The position numbers and the translations under genes were made by a program. From Eubacteriales bacterium (GTDB lineage Bacteria; Bacillota; Clostridia; Oscillospirales; CAG-272), in contig JAZQBL010000037.1 in assembly GCA_045545665.1 (NCBI GenBank), forward strand, positions 6,389 through 70,388: 64,000 nucleotides of DNA, written 5' to 3'. Positions within the stretch are counted from its first letter, which is position 1, and every line of letters starts with the position of its first letter. Shown one piece after another: positions 38,160-47,443 of the stretch. The notes beneath the pieces are model-generated. The model saw only the letters and a list, made by a program, of their open reading frames with translations, was not told the origin of the DNA and ran no database searches.

Positions 38160-38858
38160 ATGTATAATATACTTATATGTGACGATGAGCGTGATATCGT
38201 AAACGCCCTCAAAATATATTTATCCGATCCCGAATACAGAATACTTGAAGCGTATAACGGACAAGATGCCGTGCAGATAGTAAAAAGCGAAAATATCCAT
38301 CTCGTTTTGCTTGATATAATGATGCCCGTGCTCGACGGCATAACTGCAATGTCCGAAATAAGAAAAACAAGTAACGTGCCGATAATTCTGCTTTCTGCCA
38401 AAAGCGAGGACTGCGACAAGATACTCGGCTTGAATCTTGGTGCGGACGATTATATAACGAAGCCGTTCAACCCCGTCGAGGTAACGGCAAGGGTAAACTC
38501 ACAGATAAGGCGGTACGTACGTTTCGGCGGAAACGTATCAAATCAGAACGTCATCTCCTGCGGCGGCATTGAGCTTGACGACGAGCAAAAGAAGGTGACG
38601 TGCGACGGGGATGAGGTATGTCTTACGCCGCTTGAATACGAAATACTCAAGCTTCTTATGCAGTCTCCCGGCAAGGTCTTTTCACCGAAAGAAATATACA
38701 AGACCGTCTGGGGCGGTGTATACGACGGATGCGACAACACGGTTGCCGTTCACATCCGCCATATCCGTGAAAAAACGGAAATAGACCCTGCAGAACCGAG
38801 ATACATAAAAGTCGTCTGGGGACAAGGTTATAAGTTCGAAAAGGAGAAAGCGAAATGA
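38160..38858 (+). CDS. OmpR-family response regulator
   Basis: Receiver domain (ILICDDERDI...LVLLDIMMP...ILLSAK) and a winged-helix output domain (LTPLEYEILKLLM...VWGQGYKF). Confidence 0.92.
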   Translation: MYNILICDDERDIVNALKIYLSDPEYRILEAYNGQDAVQIVKSENIHLVLLDIMMPVLDGITAMSEIRKTSNVPIILLSAKSEDCDKILGLNLGADDYITKPFNPVEVTARVNSQIRRYVRFGGNVSNQNVISCGGIELDDEQKKVTCDGDEVCLTPLEYEILKLLMQSPGKVFSPKEIYKTVWGGVYDGCDNTVAVHIRHIREKTEIDPAEPRYIKVVWGQGYKFEKEKAK

Positions 38859-40795
38859 AAGAGCTTACCTCGCGAGCCTGGTTAAAGGTAAGTGCATTTA
38901 TTCTTACCGTTATCTTTATTCTTTTGAGCTGCGGCGGTGTTGTCGCCGTCTACTGTGCCATAGCGACAGGAATATACACAACTCCGCAAGACAGTTATAA
39001 GGATGCCTGGTTCAACTCAATGATCCACAACGATATGTCAGACGTAATGCTGCTTTACGCAAACGGCGAAGATAATATATACGCCCCGATAAGGTCTGAA
39101 AACATATCTTACTTTGAGATAAAAGACCATACCGCAGGTGAAATATTAAGCAGTTACGGAGAAAAAGATCCGTCATCAAGGCTCTTCAAAGGAAACTATC
39201 TTTTAAGAACCGTATACGACAGCTACTCCAAAATGTATTTTAACGAAATTTATCGAGTAGACACGTTCGGTTCGGAACCTGCTGAAAACGAAAAATATCT
39301 TTCCGTATCTCTCTCTTTATTATCTCCCCTTACAGCAAACGATAAATATTCATTAATCGGCGGATTTGTCGATATAGCTTACAGCGTACGGTACGCACTG
39401 TTTCCGCTGACAGTCTTTTGTCTTATATGCTCCGTTATAGGGTTCGTATATCTTATGTACGCATCGGGCAGGCAAAGAGGGACGTCCGAAATAAGGCCCG
39501 GTTTCGGCGTAAAGATACCGTTTGACTTATTTTTGGTGTTCGTTGTCGGTGTATTTATTTTTGCTTTGTATCTTTTGGGAGAGATCGGGCTGCTCAGAGA
39601 ACCGCAGGACGCCGTCATACTCGTTATCTATATAACAGCCGGTATATCCACCCTGCTCGGTCTGTGTATGAGCGTTGCGGCAAGAATTAAAATGAACACG
39701 CTGTTTAAAAACACTGTTATATATATTATAATACATTTCATATACCGTGTTTTCAGAAAAATATTCAGCATTTTAAAGACCTTTACGCTTAATTTAAACC
39801 TGTTCATACGCACCGTAGGTGTACTTGCCGTCGTTTTCTTTGCCGATCTTTTACTGACTATTATTTTCAGAGAAAGTTTTATCACCGTATTTTTATGGTT
39901 CTTACTTAAATTTTGCGAAGCTTTCGTCATTTTATTCTGCGTTTTTATGTTCAACAGACTTTCACGCGGTGCACACACGCTTGCAAACGGCAATCTTTCA
40001 GAAAAGATCGACACGTCAAATTTGATACTCGATTTTAAAAAGCACGCAAACGACTTAAACAGCATAGCCGACGGAATGGAAACGGCTGTAAATGAACGGC
40101 TCAAAAGCGAAAGAATGAAAACGGAGCTTATAACGAATGTGTCCCACGATATAAAAACACCGCTTACGTCTATCATAAATTACTCCGATCTTATATCAAA
40201 GGAAAAAACGGAAAACGAAAAAATAACGGAATATTCCACAGTTCTTCAAAGACAGTCGCAAAGGCTGAAGCGGCTTATAGAAGATCTTGTCGAAGCTTCA
40301 AAGGCATCGACAGGCAACCTTGAAATGAAGCTTGCGCCGATGTCGGCAAACGTATTTGTTAATCAAGCCCTTGCAGAATACCGTGACAGACTTGAAGAAA
40401 GATCCCTTACTTTAATTTCATCCGTGACAAAAACGCCGACGACCGTGCTGTGCGACGGAAAACGCATCTGGCGCATCTTCGACAATCTGATGAACAACAT
40501 CTGCAAGTATTCACAACCGAATACACGTGTGTATATATCACTTGAAAACACAGGCTCTTTTGCACGTATAACATTCAAAAACACCTCAAAAGAAGCACTC
40601 AACATATCCCCCGACGAGCTTTTGGAGCGTTTTACCAGAGGTGACAGCTCACGTAACACCGAAGGCAACGGACTCGGTCTTTCCATAGCGCAAAGCCTCA
40701 CCGAGCTTCAAGGAGGCAAAATGCACATTGTAACTGACGGAGACCTATTTAAAGCAATTTTAGATTTTCCTATTGTTCCCTCTGTCACCGCATAA
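38855..40795 (+). CDS. Sensor histidine kinase with a large polytopic N-terminal sensor region
   Basis: H-box (SHDIKTPLTSI), N-box (DNLMNNICKYS) and G-box (GNGLGLSIA). It overlaps the RR stop by 4 nt. Confidence 0.88.
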   Translation: MKELTSRAWLKVSAFILTVIFILLSCGGVVAVYCAIATGIYTTPQDSYKDAWFNSMIHNDMSDVMLLYANGEDNIYAPIRSENISYFEIKDHTAGEILSSYGEKDPSSRLFKGNYLLRTVYDSYSKMYFNEIYRVDTFGSEPAENEKYLSVSLSLLSPLTANDKYSLIGGFVDIAYSVRYALFPLTVFCLICSVIGFVYLMYASGRQRGTSEIRPGFGVKIPFDLFLVFVVGVFIFALYLLGEIGLLREPQDAVILVIYITAGISTLLGLCMSVAARIKMNTLFKNTVIYIIIHFIYRVFRKIFSILKTFTLNLNLFIRTVGVLAVVFFADLLLTIIFRESFITVFLWFLLKFCEAFVILFCVFMFNRLSRGAHTLANGNLSEKIDTSNLILDFKKHANDLNSIADGMETAVNERLKSERMKTELITNVSHDIKTPLTSIINYSDLISKEKTENEKITEYSTVLQRQSQRLKRLIEDLVEASKASTGNLEMKLAPMSANVFVNQALAEYRDRLEERSLTLISSVTKTPTTVLCDGKRIWRIFDNLMNNICKYSQPNTRVYISLENTGSFARITFKNTSKEALNISPDELLERFTRGDSSRNTEGNGLGLSIAQSLTELQGGKMHIVTDGDLFKAILDFPIVPSVTA

Positions 40796-40898
40796 AAACA
40801 TTATTGTTTAAAATAATGCTCAAAGTTATCAAATTCACTTGACAAAAACCTTACCGAAAGATATAATGACATTGTAGAAAGTGTAAGGAGTATACAAA

Positions 40899-41711
40899 TT
40901 GAAAAGAAAATTTTTAGTTTTTTTGATTGCATCAGCGCTGTTACTTACCTCTTGCGGCAGTACATCCGATGGTCAGGATACACTTGACACATCTTCTGAA
41001 ACAGAGGCAGTTACTGATGCTGAAACGGAGGTCAAAATAGAACTCACATATTATATCAGATCGCCTTATAACACAGAAGAAACACAGCAAGGCGACGAGT
41101 ACACATCACTGCAACAGGCTAAAGATGCAGCAGACAAGCTTTCCCACTTCGGATACGTTGTATTCGACTCCGAAGGTAAGCTTGCATATAACCCCTGTCC
41201 CTCGTTTGCAGCTGCAAAAATCCTTTACAACGCCAAGTTGGATGCCGATTATATGCGCGACAACAACTACATATACGGCGATGCAAACGTCAACCCCGCA
41301 CTTGACAAAACAGAAAAGGTCGTTTCTTGCGACAGATACGTAGGCTGGGTGCTTTACGATGCAGGCTTCAACACAAAAAGACAGCCTTCCACAAAAGGTT
41401 ACGCTCTTTACGGTACAAACACCATTGAAGATCTTTTGAAGCGTCTCGGCTTTGAGAAGATAACAGACGAAGATGAAGTTCAGGCAGGAGATATTATATT
41501 CGTCGGAAACAGTCAGAATATACCCGTCCCCCAAGACCTCAAGGATTATCCGAAGCATGTGTTCATCTGTGCCGGAAAAAGCAGCCGCAGAAACTTTTAC
41601 AGATACGATGCAGGCTCCAACACAAGGATAAAATCAACACAGCCTTCAGTTGAGCCTCTTTCATCGACAGGTGCAGAATTTAGATTTGCATACAGACCAA
41701 CTGATAAATGA
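40899..41711 (+). CDS. Lipoprotein with NlpC/P60-like Cys/His motifs (paralogue 1)
   Basis: Lipobox (LLTSCGS), SCDRYVGWVLYDAGF, and GDIIFVG...HVFICAG. The TTG start has AAGGAG 8 nt upstream. Confidence 0.55.
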   Translation: MKRKFLVFLIASALLLTSCGSTSDGQDTLDTSSETEAVTDAETEVKIELTYYIRSPYNTEETQQGDEYTSLQQAKDAADKLSHFGYVVFDSEGKLAYNPCPSFAAAKILYNAKLDADYMRDNNYIYGDANVNPALDKTEKVVSCDRYVGWVLYDAGFNTKRQPSTKGYALYGTNTIEDLLKRLGFEKITDEDEVQAGDIIFVGNSQNIPVPQDLKDYPKHVFICAGKSSRRNFYRYDAGSNTRIKSTQPSVEPLSSTGAEFRFAYRPTDK

Positions 41712-41721
41712 GGTGTATAAG

Positions 41722-42537
41722 ATGAAAAAATTATTTATTCTTTTGATTACCGGATGCCTGCTTTTGTCATCGTGCGGAGGCGCCGATTCTGATTCGACAG
41801 CTGCCGAAACGACCGATATTGCAGAAGAAACAGTTCCCGAAACGGAACCGGAGGAAACTATTATGTATTACGTAACAACCCCCTACGGCGAAGAAGAAAA
41901 CCGCATAGGTTCGTATGAATCGCTTGATGCAGCGAAAAAACAAGCCGATGATATGGTACGCTTCGGTTACGTCGTGTACGACTCAAAAGGCGAAGCCGTA
42001 TACTGCCCCGCAGGCTCGATGAACGCTTCAAAGATTCTGTACCACGCAAAGGACATAGCAGATTATATGCGCGACAACAATTACACGTACGGTCACGCAC
42101 AGATAAACCCTGCGATCTCAAAGGGTGACAGAAGATGCGAAAGACTCGCCTCCTGCGACAGATTCGTCGGTTGGGCTCTCTACGAAGCGGGATTTTCCGA
42201 AGGACAGCCCGAAAAGCACGGTCTTATGGCTGATCTTTGCCCCTTCTTGAGAAAGAACGGCTTTACGGAAATAACAGACAAAGACGAACTTTTGCCCGGT
42301 GACATAGTATACGTCGGATACAAAGGCCAGCCCGAACCGTACGGTCACGTATTTATCTACGCCGGAGAAGCTTCCCGCAGAACCGACTACAGATACGACG
42401 CAGGAAGCGCAGACCGTATAAAGTGTGCAGGTCAGTACGCTTCATATCGCGAATCGGGTCAACCTTTCAATCAGCCGCTTGAACTTTCAAGCACTGCCCT
42501 TTTCTGCATTGCATACAGAGCGCCTGCTGACAAATAA
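41722..42537 (+). CDS. Lipoprotein with NlpC/P60-like Cys/His motifs (paralogue 2)
   Basis: Lipobox (LLSSCGG), SCDRFVGWALYEAGF, and GDIVYVG...HVFIYAG. It aligns with paralogue 1 over its full length. The ATG at 41722 is preferred over the track start. Confidence 0.55.
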   Translation: MKKLFILLITGCLLLSSCGGADSDSTAAETTDIAEETVPETEPEETIMYYVTTPYGEEENRIGSYESLDAAKKQADDMVRFGYVVYDSKGEAVYCPAGSMNASKILYHAKDIADYMRDNNYTYGHAQINPAISKGDRRCERLASCDRFVGWALYEAGFSEGQPEKHGLMADLCPFLRKNGFTEITDKDELLPGDIVYVGYKGQPEPYGHVFIYAGEASRRTDYRYDAGSADRIKCAGQYASYRESGQPFNQPLELSSTALFCIAYRAPADK

Positions 42538-42544
42538 GATCATA

Positions 42545-42571
42545 AGCCGCATTACGGTGCGGCTTTTTTTG
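42545..42571 (+). terminator. Rho-independent terminator
   Basis: Hairpin AGCCGCA-TTACGG-TGCGGCT followed by TTTTTTT. Confidence 0.8.
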
Positions 42572-42621
42572 TTGTTCCCGCCAATGTCAATTAACCATTT
42601 TTTGGCTGACTTCGCTGTATT

Positions 42622-42640
42622 TTTGTGCAAGTTGCATAAA
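42622..42640. promoter_or_regulatory. Near-palindrome TTTGTGCAA-G-TTGCATAAA, second copy of the 34895 motif
   Basis: 17 of 19 positions are identical to 34895-34913. A half-site TTTGTGCAAT recurs at 42738-42747. The likely EF-G paralogue promoter (TTGAAT-17-TATAAT) lies between them. Confidence 0.45.
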
Positions 42641-42787
42641 TTTTCGTTTAAAATTTCTACCAATCCGTCATTTTAAATAAACGCAAAACCTCTTGAATAT
42701 CATCGGACAATATAGTATAATAAATCATACGAAAAATTTTGTGCAATTTATATTCTTTATTTTGCAAGAAAGGCAAGGTAACAACCG

Positions 42788-44848
42788 ATGAACAATAATA
42801 TTCGTAACGTGTGTCTTATAGGTCACTCTTCCCACGGAAAAACTTCCGTCGCAGAGGGCATGCTCTACTTTACAAAAGCCACAAACCGTTTGGGAAAGGT
42901 AAGCGAGGGCAACACGGTACTTGACTACGATGCAGAAGAAAAAAAGAGAGGTTTTTCAATTTCCTTGTCCGTCGCTCCCATTGATTGGAAGGGTAAAAAG
43001 ATAAACGTAATCGACACTCCCGGATATCTCGATTTCAGCGGCGAAGTGTCTCAGGGCTTACGTGTAGCGGGAAGCGCCGTTATCGTCGTTGACGGTAAAG
43101 CGGGCGTTGAAGTCGGCACGGAGCTTGCATGGGAAAAAGTAGTTGAATATAAGGTTCCCAGAGCATTTTTTATAAACAAATTCGACGATGACGAATGCCG
43201 CTTTGCAAGAGCCTTCAAAGAACTTCGTGAAGCTTTCGGCGTTTCCGTCTGTCCTGTCCTTATCCCCCTTATAGACGGTGAAAAGGTTACGGGCTTTATC
43301 GACCTTATAGATATGTGCGTTACCGTATTCGACAAAGAAGGTAAACACACGGAATCGGCTATTCCTCCGGATTACGCTCCCGTTGCTCACTCTTACCGCA
43401 ATATGCTTTATGAATCTATAGCCGAAACGAGCGAAGAGCTCATGGATAAATACTGTGCAGGTGAACCTATATCGCGTGAAGAAGCTATTCAGGCCATACA
43501 CGTAGGTTTCGTCGGCCGCACTATAGCTCCCGTTATATGCGGTGCCGCAACAAAGCTCTGGGGTATAGATACACTTATGGACAATATCATCGAATACTTC
43601 CCTTCTCCTTTTGCAAGAGATATGGAAAAGGTCGTAAGAAACGGTGAAGTAATAAACTGCGAAATATCACCCGACAATCCCACAGCAGCGTTTGTATTCA
43701 AAACTGTTGCCGATCCGTTCGTCGGTAAGATGTCATATTTCAAGGTAATGAGCGGTGTTCTTAAAAAGGACGACGTACTCACTAACCCCGAAACGGGCGT
43801 AAGTGAAAAATTTGCTCACATTTACACAATAAAAGGCAAAGATCTCACCGAGGTCGATTCGCTTTACACAGGCGATATCGGTGTTACTACAAAGCTTGCC
43901 GGAGTAAACACAAACGATACATTCTCGGCAAACCCGAATGCAGATCCTTACAGAAAGATAAGATACGAAGAACCTTACCTGCGTGTCGCCGTAGCTCCCA
44001 AAGTGAAGGGCGACGAAGATAAGATATCCCAGGGTATTACAAGACTTCTCGAAGAAGATCTTACACTCAGATTTGCAAACGACTCCGAAACAAAACAGCT
44101 CGTTCTTTCAGGTATCGGTGACATACACGTCGACGTAACAGTAGCGAAGCTTGCTTCGCGTTACGGCATATCCGTCGATCTTTCCGAACCTCGCATAGCT
44201 TACAGAGAGGCTATAAAGAAGAGAGTCGAATGTGAAGGAAAACACAAGAAACAGTCCGGCGGACACGGTCAGTTCGGACACGTTAAAATAAGATTTGCAC
44301 CCGGTGACGGCGAAGGACTCGAATTTACGGAATCCTGTGTCGGCGGTTCGGTTCCGAAGAACTTCCACCCCGCTGTTGTCAAAGGGCTTGAAGAAGCAAT
44401 GCAAAAGGGTGTCCTTGCAGGCTTCCCGATGGTATCACTCAAAGCCGACCTTTACGACGGTTCTTACCACGACGTCGACTCCTCGGAAATGTCCTTCAAG
44501 CTTGCCGCACATCTTGCGTACAAGGAAGGTATGAAAAAGGCTGATCCGATAATCCTCGAGCCTGTCGGTGCGCTCAACGTAACAGTTCCCGATCCCCTTG
44601 TCGGCGACGTATTGAGCACGATAATGAAGCGCCGCGGCAGAGTCCTCGGTATGACTCATACGGGCAAAAAAGGTTATCAGATGGTAGAAGCAGAAGTTCC
44701 CATGGGTGAGCTTGCGGATTACTCAACAGCTTTGCGTGCAATGTCACAAGGCAGAGGAAGCTATACGCTTTCGTTCATCCGTTATGAAGAAATGCCTGCA
44801 AACATCGCGCAAAAGATAATCGAAGAAGCAAAAAAAGAAGAAGACTGA
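42788..44848 (+). CDS. Elongation factor G paralogue (EF-G2-like translational GTPase)
   Basis: G1 is GHSSHGKT, G3 is DTPG and G4 is NKFD. Domains II-V are recognisable (GKMSYFKVMSGVL..., HVDVTVAKL, GGHGQFGHV). Confidence 0.85.
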   Translation: MNNNIRNVCLIGHSSHGKTSVAEGMLYFTKATNRLGKVSEGNTVLDYDAEEKKRGFSISLSVAPIDWKGKKINVIDTPGYLDFSGEVSQGLRVAGSAVIVVDGKAGVEVGTELAWEKVVEYKVPRAFFINKFDDDECRFARAFKELREAFGVSVCPVLIPLIDGEKVTGFIDLIDMCVTVFDKEGKHTESAIPPDYAPVAHSYRNMLYESIAETSEELMDKYCAGEPISREEAIQAIHVGFVGRTIAPVICGAATKLWGIDTLMDNIIEYFPSPFARDMEKVVRNGEVINCEISPDNPTAAFVFKTVADPFVGKMSYFKVMSGVLKKDDVLTNPETGVSEKFAHIYTIKGKDLTEVDSLYTGDIGVTTKLAGVNTNDTFSANPNADPYRKIRYEEPYLRVAVAPKVKGDEDKISQGITRLLEEDLTLRFANDSETKQLVLSGIGDIHVDVTVAKLASRYGISVDLSEPRIAYREAIKKRVECEGKHKKQSGGHGQFGHVKIRFAPGDGEGLEFTESCVGGSVPKNFHPAVVKGLEEAMQKGVLAGFPMVSLKADLYDGSYHDVDSSEMSFKLAAHLAYKEGMKKADPIILEPVGALNVTVPDPLVGDVLSTIMKRRGRVLGMTHTGKKGYQMVEAEVPMGELADYSTALRAMSQGRGSYTLSFIRYEEMPANIAQKIIEEAKKEED

Positions 44849-44849
44849 T

Positions 44850-44885
44850 AAAAACGGTTGCCGCTTGATCGCGGCAACCGTTTTA
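44850..44885. terminator. Bidirectional terminator
   Basis: Hairpin AACGGTTGCCGC-TTGATC-GCGGCAACCGTT flanked by an A-run and a T-run. It abuts the stop of the nitroreductase gene. Confidence 0.8.
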
Positions 44886-45410
44886 TACGTTGTAAATATA
44901 ATTTTTCTTTCTGGGACGTGCCGTAGGCAGAGTACCTCTTCTGTAGCCTAAAATACAGTTGCCAATACCTACATAATTATCACCTATGCCCCATTTCTTC
45001 AAAAGTTCTTTGCCTTCCTTGGTTTGGAAAACCTCTCTTGCACGGTGTATCCAGCACGAATCAACACCTAAGGAAAAAGCGGCATTCATAAGATTTCCCA
45101 TAACAAGACTGCCGTCTTCTACGTGCGTTGAAACAGTTTTGTCAGCCAATACCACGACAACAGTCGATGCTCCGTAAAAAGGATCGCTTGAGGTACCCAT
45201 CACTTTTCCGTTAAGACGGCTCAAAAGTGCGACCGTTTCTTCATCCTGCACAACTACCATAACAGGCGACTGCATACCCATACCCGTAGGTGCGTACGTG
45301 CCTGCCTTTAATATAAGTTGCAGCTTTTCGTCTTCAACCTGTTTTTTTGAATAAGCCCTTACGCTTCGTCTTTCCGTAAGTGTTTTTATAACTTCATTTT
45401 CCATTATCAT
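44883..45410 (-). CDS. Nitroreductase-family protein
   Basis: The N-terminus LTERRSVRAYSKKQV is the classic nitroreductase FMN motif. 175 aa. Confidence 0.8.
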   Translation of the reverse strand: MIMENEVIKTLTERRSVRAYSKKQVEDEKLQLILKAGTYAPTGMGMQSPVMVVVQDEETVALLSRLNGKVMGTSSDPFYGASTVVVVLADKTVSTHVEDGSLVMGNLMNAAFSLGVDSCWIHRAREVFQTKEGKELLKKWGIGDNYVGIGNCILGYRRGTLPTARPRKKNYIYNV

Positions 45411-45448
45411 CCCTCCTGAATTTATCGTAGCATATTATTTTTAACAAG

Positions 45449-46420
45449 TCAAGTTTCTTTTCCCTGTATTTTTATTCTGACGTCCCCCGTGTCGGTAATT
45501 ATCTTACACTTTCCGCCGTTTGTCGTTTCGGGAACGTCAACGGTACCTGTATCTGTTTGAACAACAAAAACTTTATCGGTAATCAAAGTACCCTTGACAT
45601 CGCCCGTACTTGTCTTTACGAGTATCTCGCCTGCATCCGAGCCTTCAAACGTAACGTCGCCCGTACTTCTTTCAACCGAAAGCTTTCCTCCTGATATAAC
45701 ACCTTCAAGTACTATATCCCCCGTGCTTCCTTCCGATGTGAAGTTTTCGCATTTGACGTTCTTTGTTTTCACTTTTCCCGTAGTGACGGAAATATTAACT
45801 TCTTCACAGTCAACATTTGAAAGTGTAATATCTCCCGTCGATGCAGAAAGATCGATAGTTTTGGAAAGTATATTTTCAAGTTTTATATCTCCCGTGCTTG
45901 TTTTGATCCTGACACTGTCTGATGATCCGGCAAAAAATTCAATATCACCCGTGCTTGCAGTAATACTGACGTCTTTAAAATTGAGCCCATTTGGTACGTT
46001 TATATCGCCCGTGCTTTCGTCAATGCAAAGCAAATTATACTGTTTTTCCGGAAGATAAACCGTTATTTTCGGTGAGTCAAAATTTATTCCGATGTGGTCA
46101 TAAAAAGCTCTGTTATCGGTCATTTTTATCACAAGTGCGTTGTTTTCAACTGCAACGTTATGCTTTGTTTTTTCTTCTTCGTAGCACTCGACCTTACATT
46201 TTCCGTCATCGGCTAATGTAAAAATTATATCCGCCGTGTCCGTATTTACAGACAGATCCGTAAAATTTTCCTCTATTTCATAAATATTCGTTTCGTATTT
46301 ATTTGTGGTAAGTTTTGTGATATCCCAATTGTATTTTGCCATAGGAAACGCAAAAACAGCCGTTCCGAAAACCACGAGCAAAGACGCCGTAATAAGCCAT
46401 ATTTTCGTTGATCTACGCAT
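45449..46420 (-). CDS. DUF4097-type repeat protein with N-terminal membrane anchor
   Basis: About nine units of [ST]TGD[IV]x[LFV] spaced roughly 20 aa apart (beta-helix-like). It is the third gene of the PadR triad. Confidence 0.6.
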   Translation of the reverse strand: MRRSTKIWLITASLLVVFGTAVFAFPMAKYNWDITKLTTNKYETNIYEIEENFTDLSVNTDTADIIFTLADDGKCKVECYEEEKTKHNVAVENNALVIKMTDNRAFYDHIGINFDSPKITVYLPEKQYNLLCIDESTGDINVPNGLNFKDVSITASTGDIEFFAGSSDSVRIKTSTGDIKLENILSKTIDLSASTGDITLSNVDCEEVNISVTTGKVKTKNVKCENFTSEGSTGDIVLEGVISGGKLSVERSTGDVTFEGSDAGEILVKTSTGDVKGTLITDKVFVVQTDTGTVDVPETTNGGKCKIITDTGDVRIKIQGKET

Positions 46421-47024
46421 ACGTTTTCTCCTTTTTGATAAAGCTTTTTTTAACCTGCACCGTAATCTTTTTTGTGAGCATCAGGGCACCTTTGCTTGCC
46501 GCCTTACAAATATAAAACGAAAAGATGGAAAGTCCTGCACAAGCTATCCCTACACCGATAACAGCAGTCCCCGTAAGTCCATAACCGCTAAATGCCAAAA
46601 CCGTACCCGAAATAATACCGCCGAGAAAACACGCCGCAAACGATACAAAAACCGCCCAAAACGATACTATAACAGCCCACAGCACTATATATATCGACAA
46701 TACAACTGCAAATGCTGCAACGCACAGAGGGAACCAAAGCGGAAAACCGAGTATCAAAAGTATAATTTCCCACGTTTTCAGACCTTTTTCGGGTCTTATT
46801 CTTTTCTTTGCAAGCTTTGACAGCGGAATATCCGCAATTATCTGTTTTACGACTGCGTCAACGTCTCCGATACTTGACACGGCTTCTTCTTCGGAAAGTC
46901 CGTCCTCTATCCGATCTTCAATCATTTCATTATAAAACGCCACTCTTTCCTCGACATCCTCCTTTGGAATACCGGATAGTCCGTCACGCAGCTTTGCGAG
47001 AAATTCTTGTTTATTCATCTGCAT
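46413..47024 (-). CDS. DUF1700-type membrane protein
   Basis: The N-terminus NKQEFLAKLRDGLSGIPKEDVEERVAFYNEMIEDRIEDGLSEEEAV is followed by TM helices. It overlaps both neighbours. Confidence 0.55.
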   Translation of the reverse strand: MQMNKQEFLAKLRDGLSGIPKEDVEERVAFYNEMIEDRIEDGLSEEEAVSSIGDVDAVVKQIIADIPLSKLAKKRIRPEKGLKTWEIILLILGFPLWFPLCVAAFAVVLSIYIVLWAVIVSFWAVFVSFAACFLGGIISGTVLAFSGYGLTGTAVIGVGIACAGLSIFSFYICKAASKGALMLTKKITVQVKKSFIKKEKTYA

Positions 47025-47343
47025 TGTCCTCCTTTGTCACGAATCGGTATATACATAAAATCTCATTCCATTCGTTTTTGAAATCTTCAATACGTTTTAA
47101 ACCTTGATCCGTTATATGATAATATTTTCTTAATCTGCCGCCGTGTTCGGCTGTGTAGACAGTCAAAAGATCAGCCGTTTCCAATCTCTTTAAAATCGTA
47201 TACAAGGTCGATTCCGAAAGTTCAATATACGGCTTCATATCTTTGATTATCTTATATCCGTACGAATCCTCGTTTTTTATAGCCGCTAAGACACAAACGT
47301 CCAAAAGTCCGCGTTTCAACTGAATATCCATGCTATACCTCAC
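47011..47343 (-). CDS. PadR-family transcriptional regulator
   Basis: 110 aa with a winged helix (LDVCVLAAIKNEDSYGYKIIKDM...SESTLYTILKRLE). Confidence 0.85.
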   Translation of the reverse strand: MRYSMDIQLKRGLLDVCVLAAIKNEDSYGYKIIKDMKPYIELSESTLYTILKRLETADLLTVYTAEHGGRLRKYYHITDQGLKRIEDFKNEWNEILCIYRFVTKEDNADE

Positions 47344-47355
47344 TTTCCGATATAC

Positions 47356-47384
47356 ATCATATCACGAAGTATTGTTTTTGTCAA
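47356..47384 (-). promoter_or_regulatory. Promoter of the PadR operon
   Basis: On the minus strand: TTGACA (47379-47384), 17-nt spacer, TATGAT (47356-47361). Confidence 0.55.
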
Positions 47385-47394
47385 TAGATATTCC

Positions 47395-47433
47395 AAAAAA
47401 ACAGGCAGTTCTTACTTTTAAGTAAAAACTGCC
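47395..47433 (-). terminator. Terminator of the glycosyltransferase gene
   Basis: Long hairpin GGCAGTT...AACTGCC followed on the minus strand by TTTTTTT. Confidence 0.65.
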
Positions 47434-47443
47434 GTTTCGCATA

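Noticed and set aside
45594-46058. 154-aa plus-strand ORF with a striking ISPVL repeat
   Set aside because: It is the mirror image of the STGDI repeats of the DUF4097 gene on the opposite strand, and it has no independent coding evidence.
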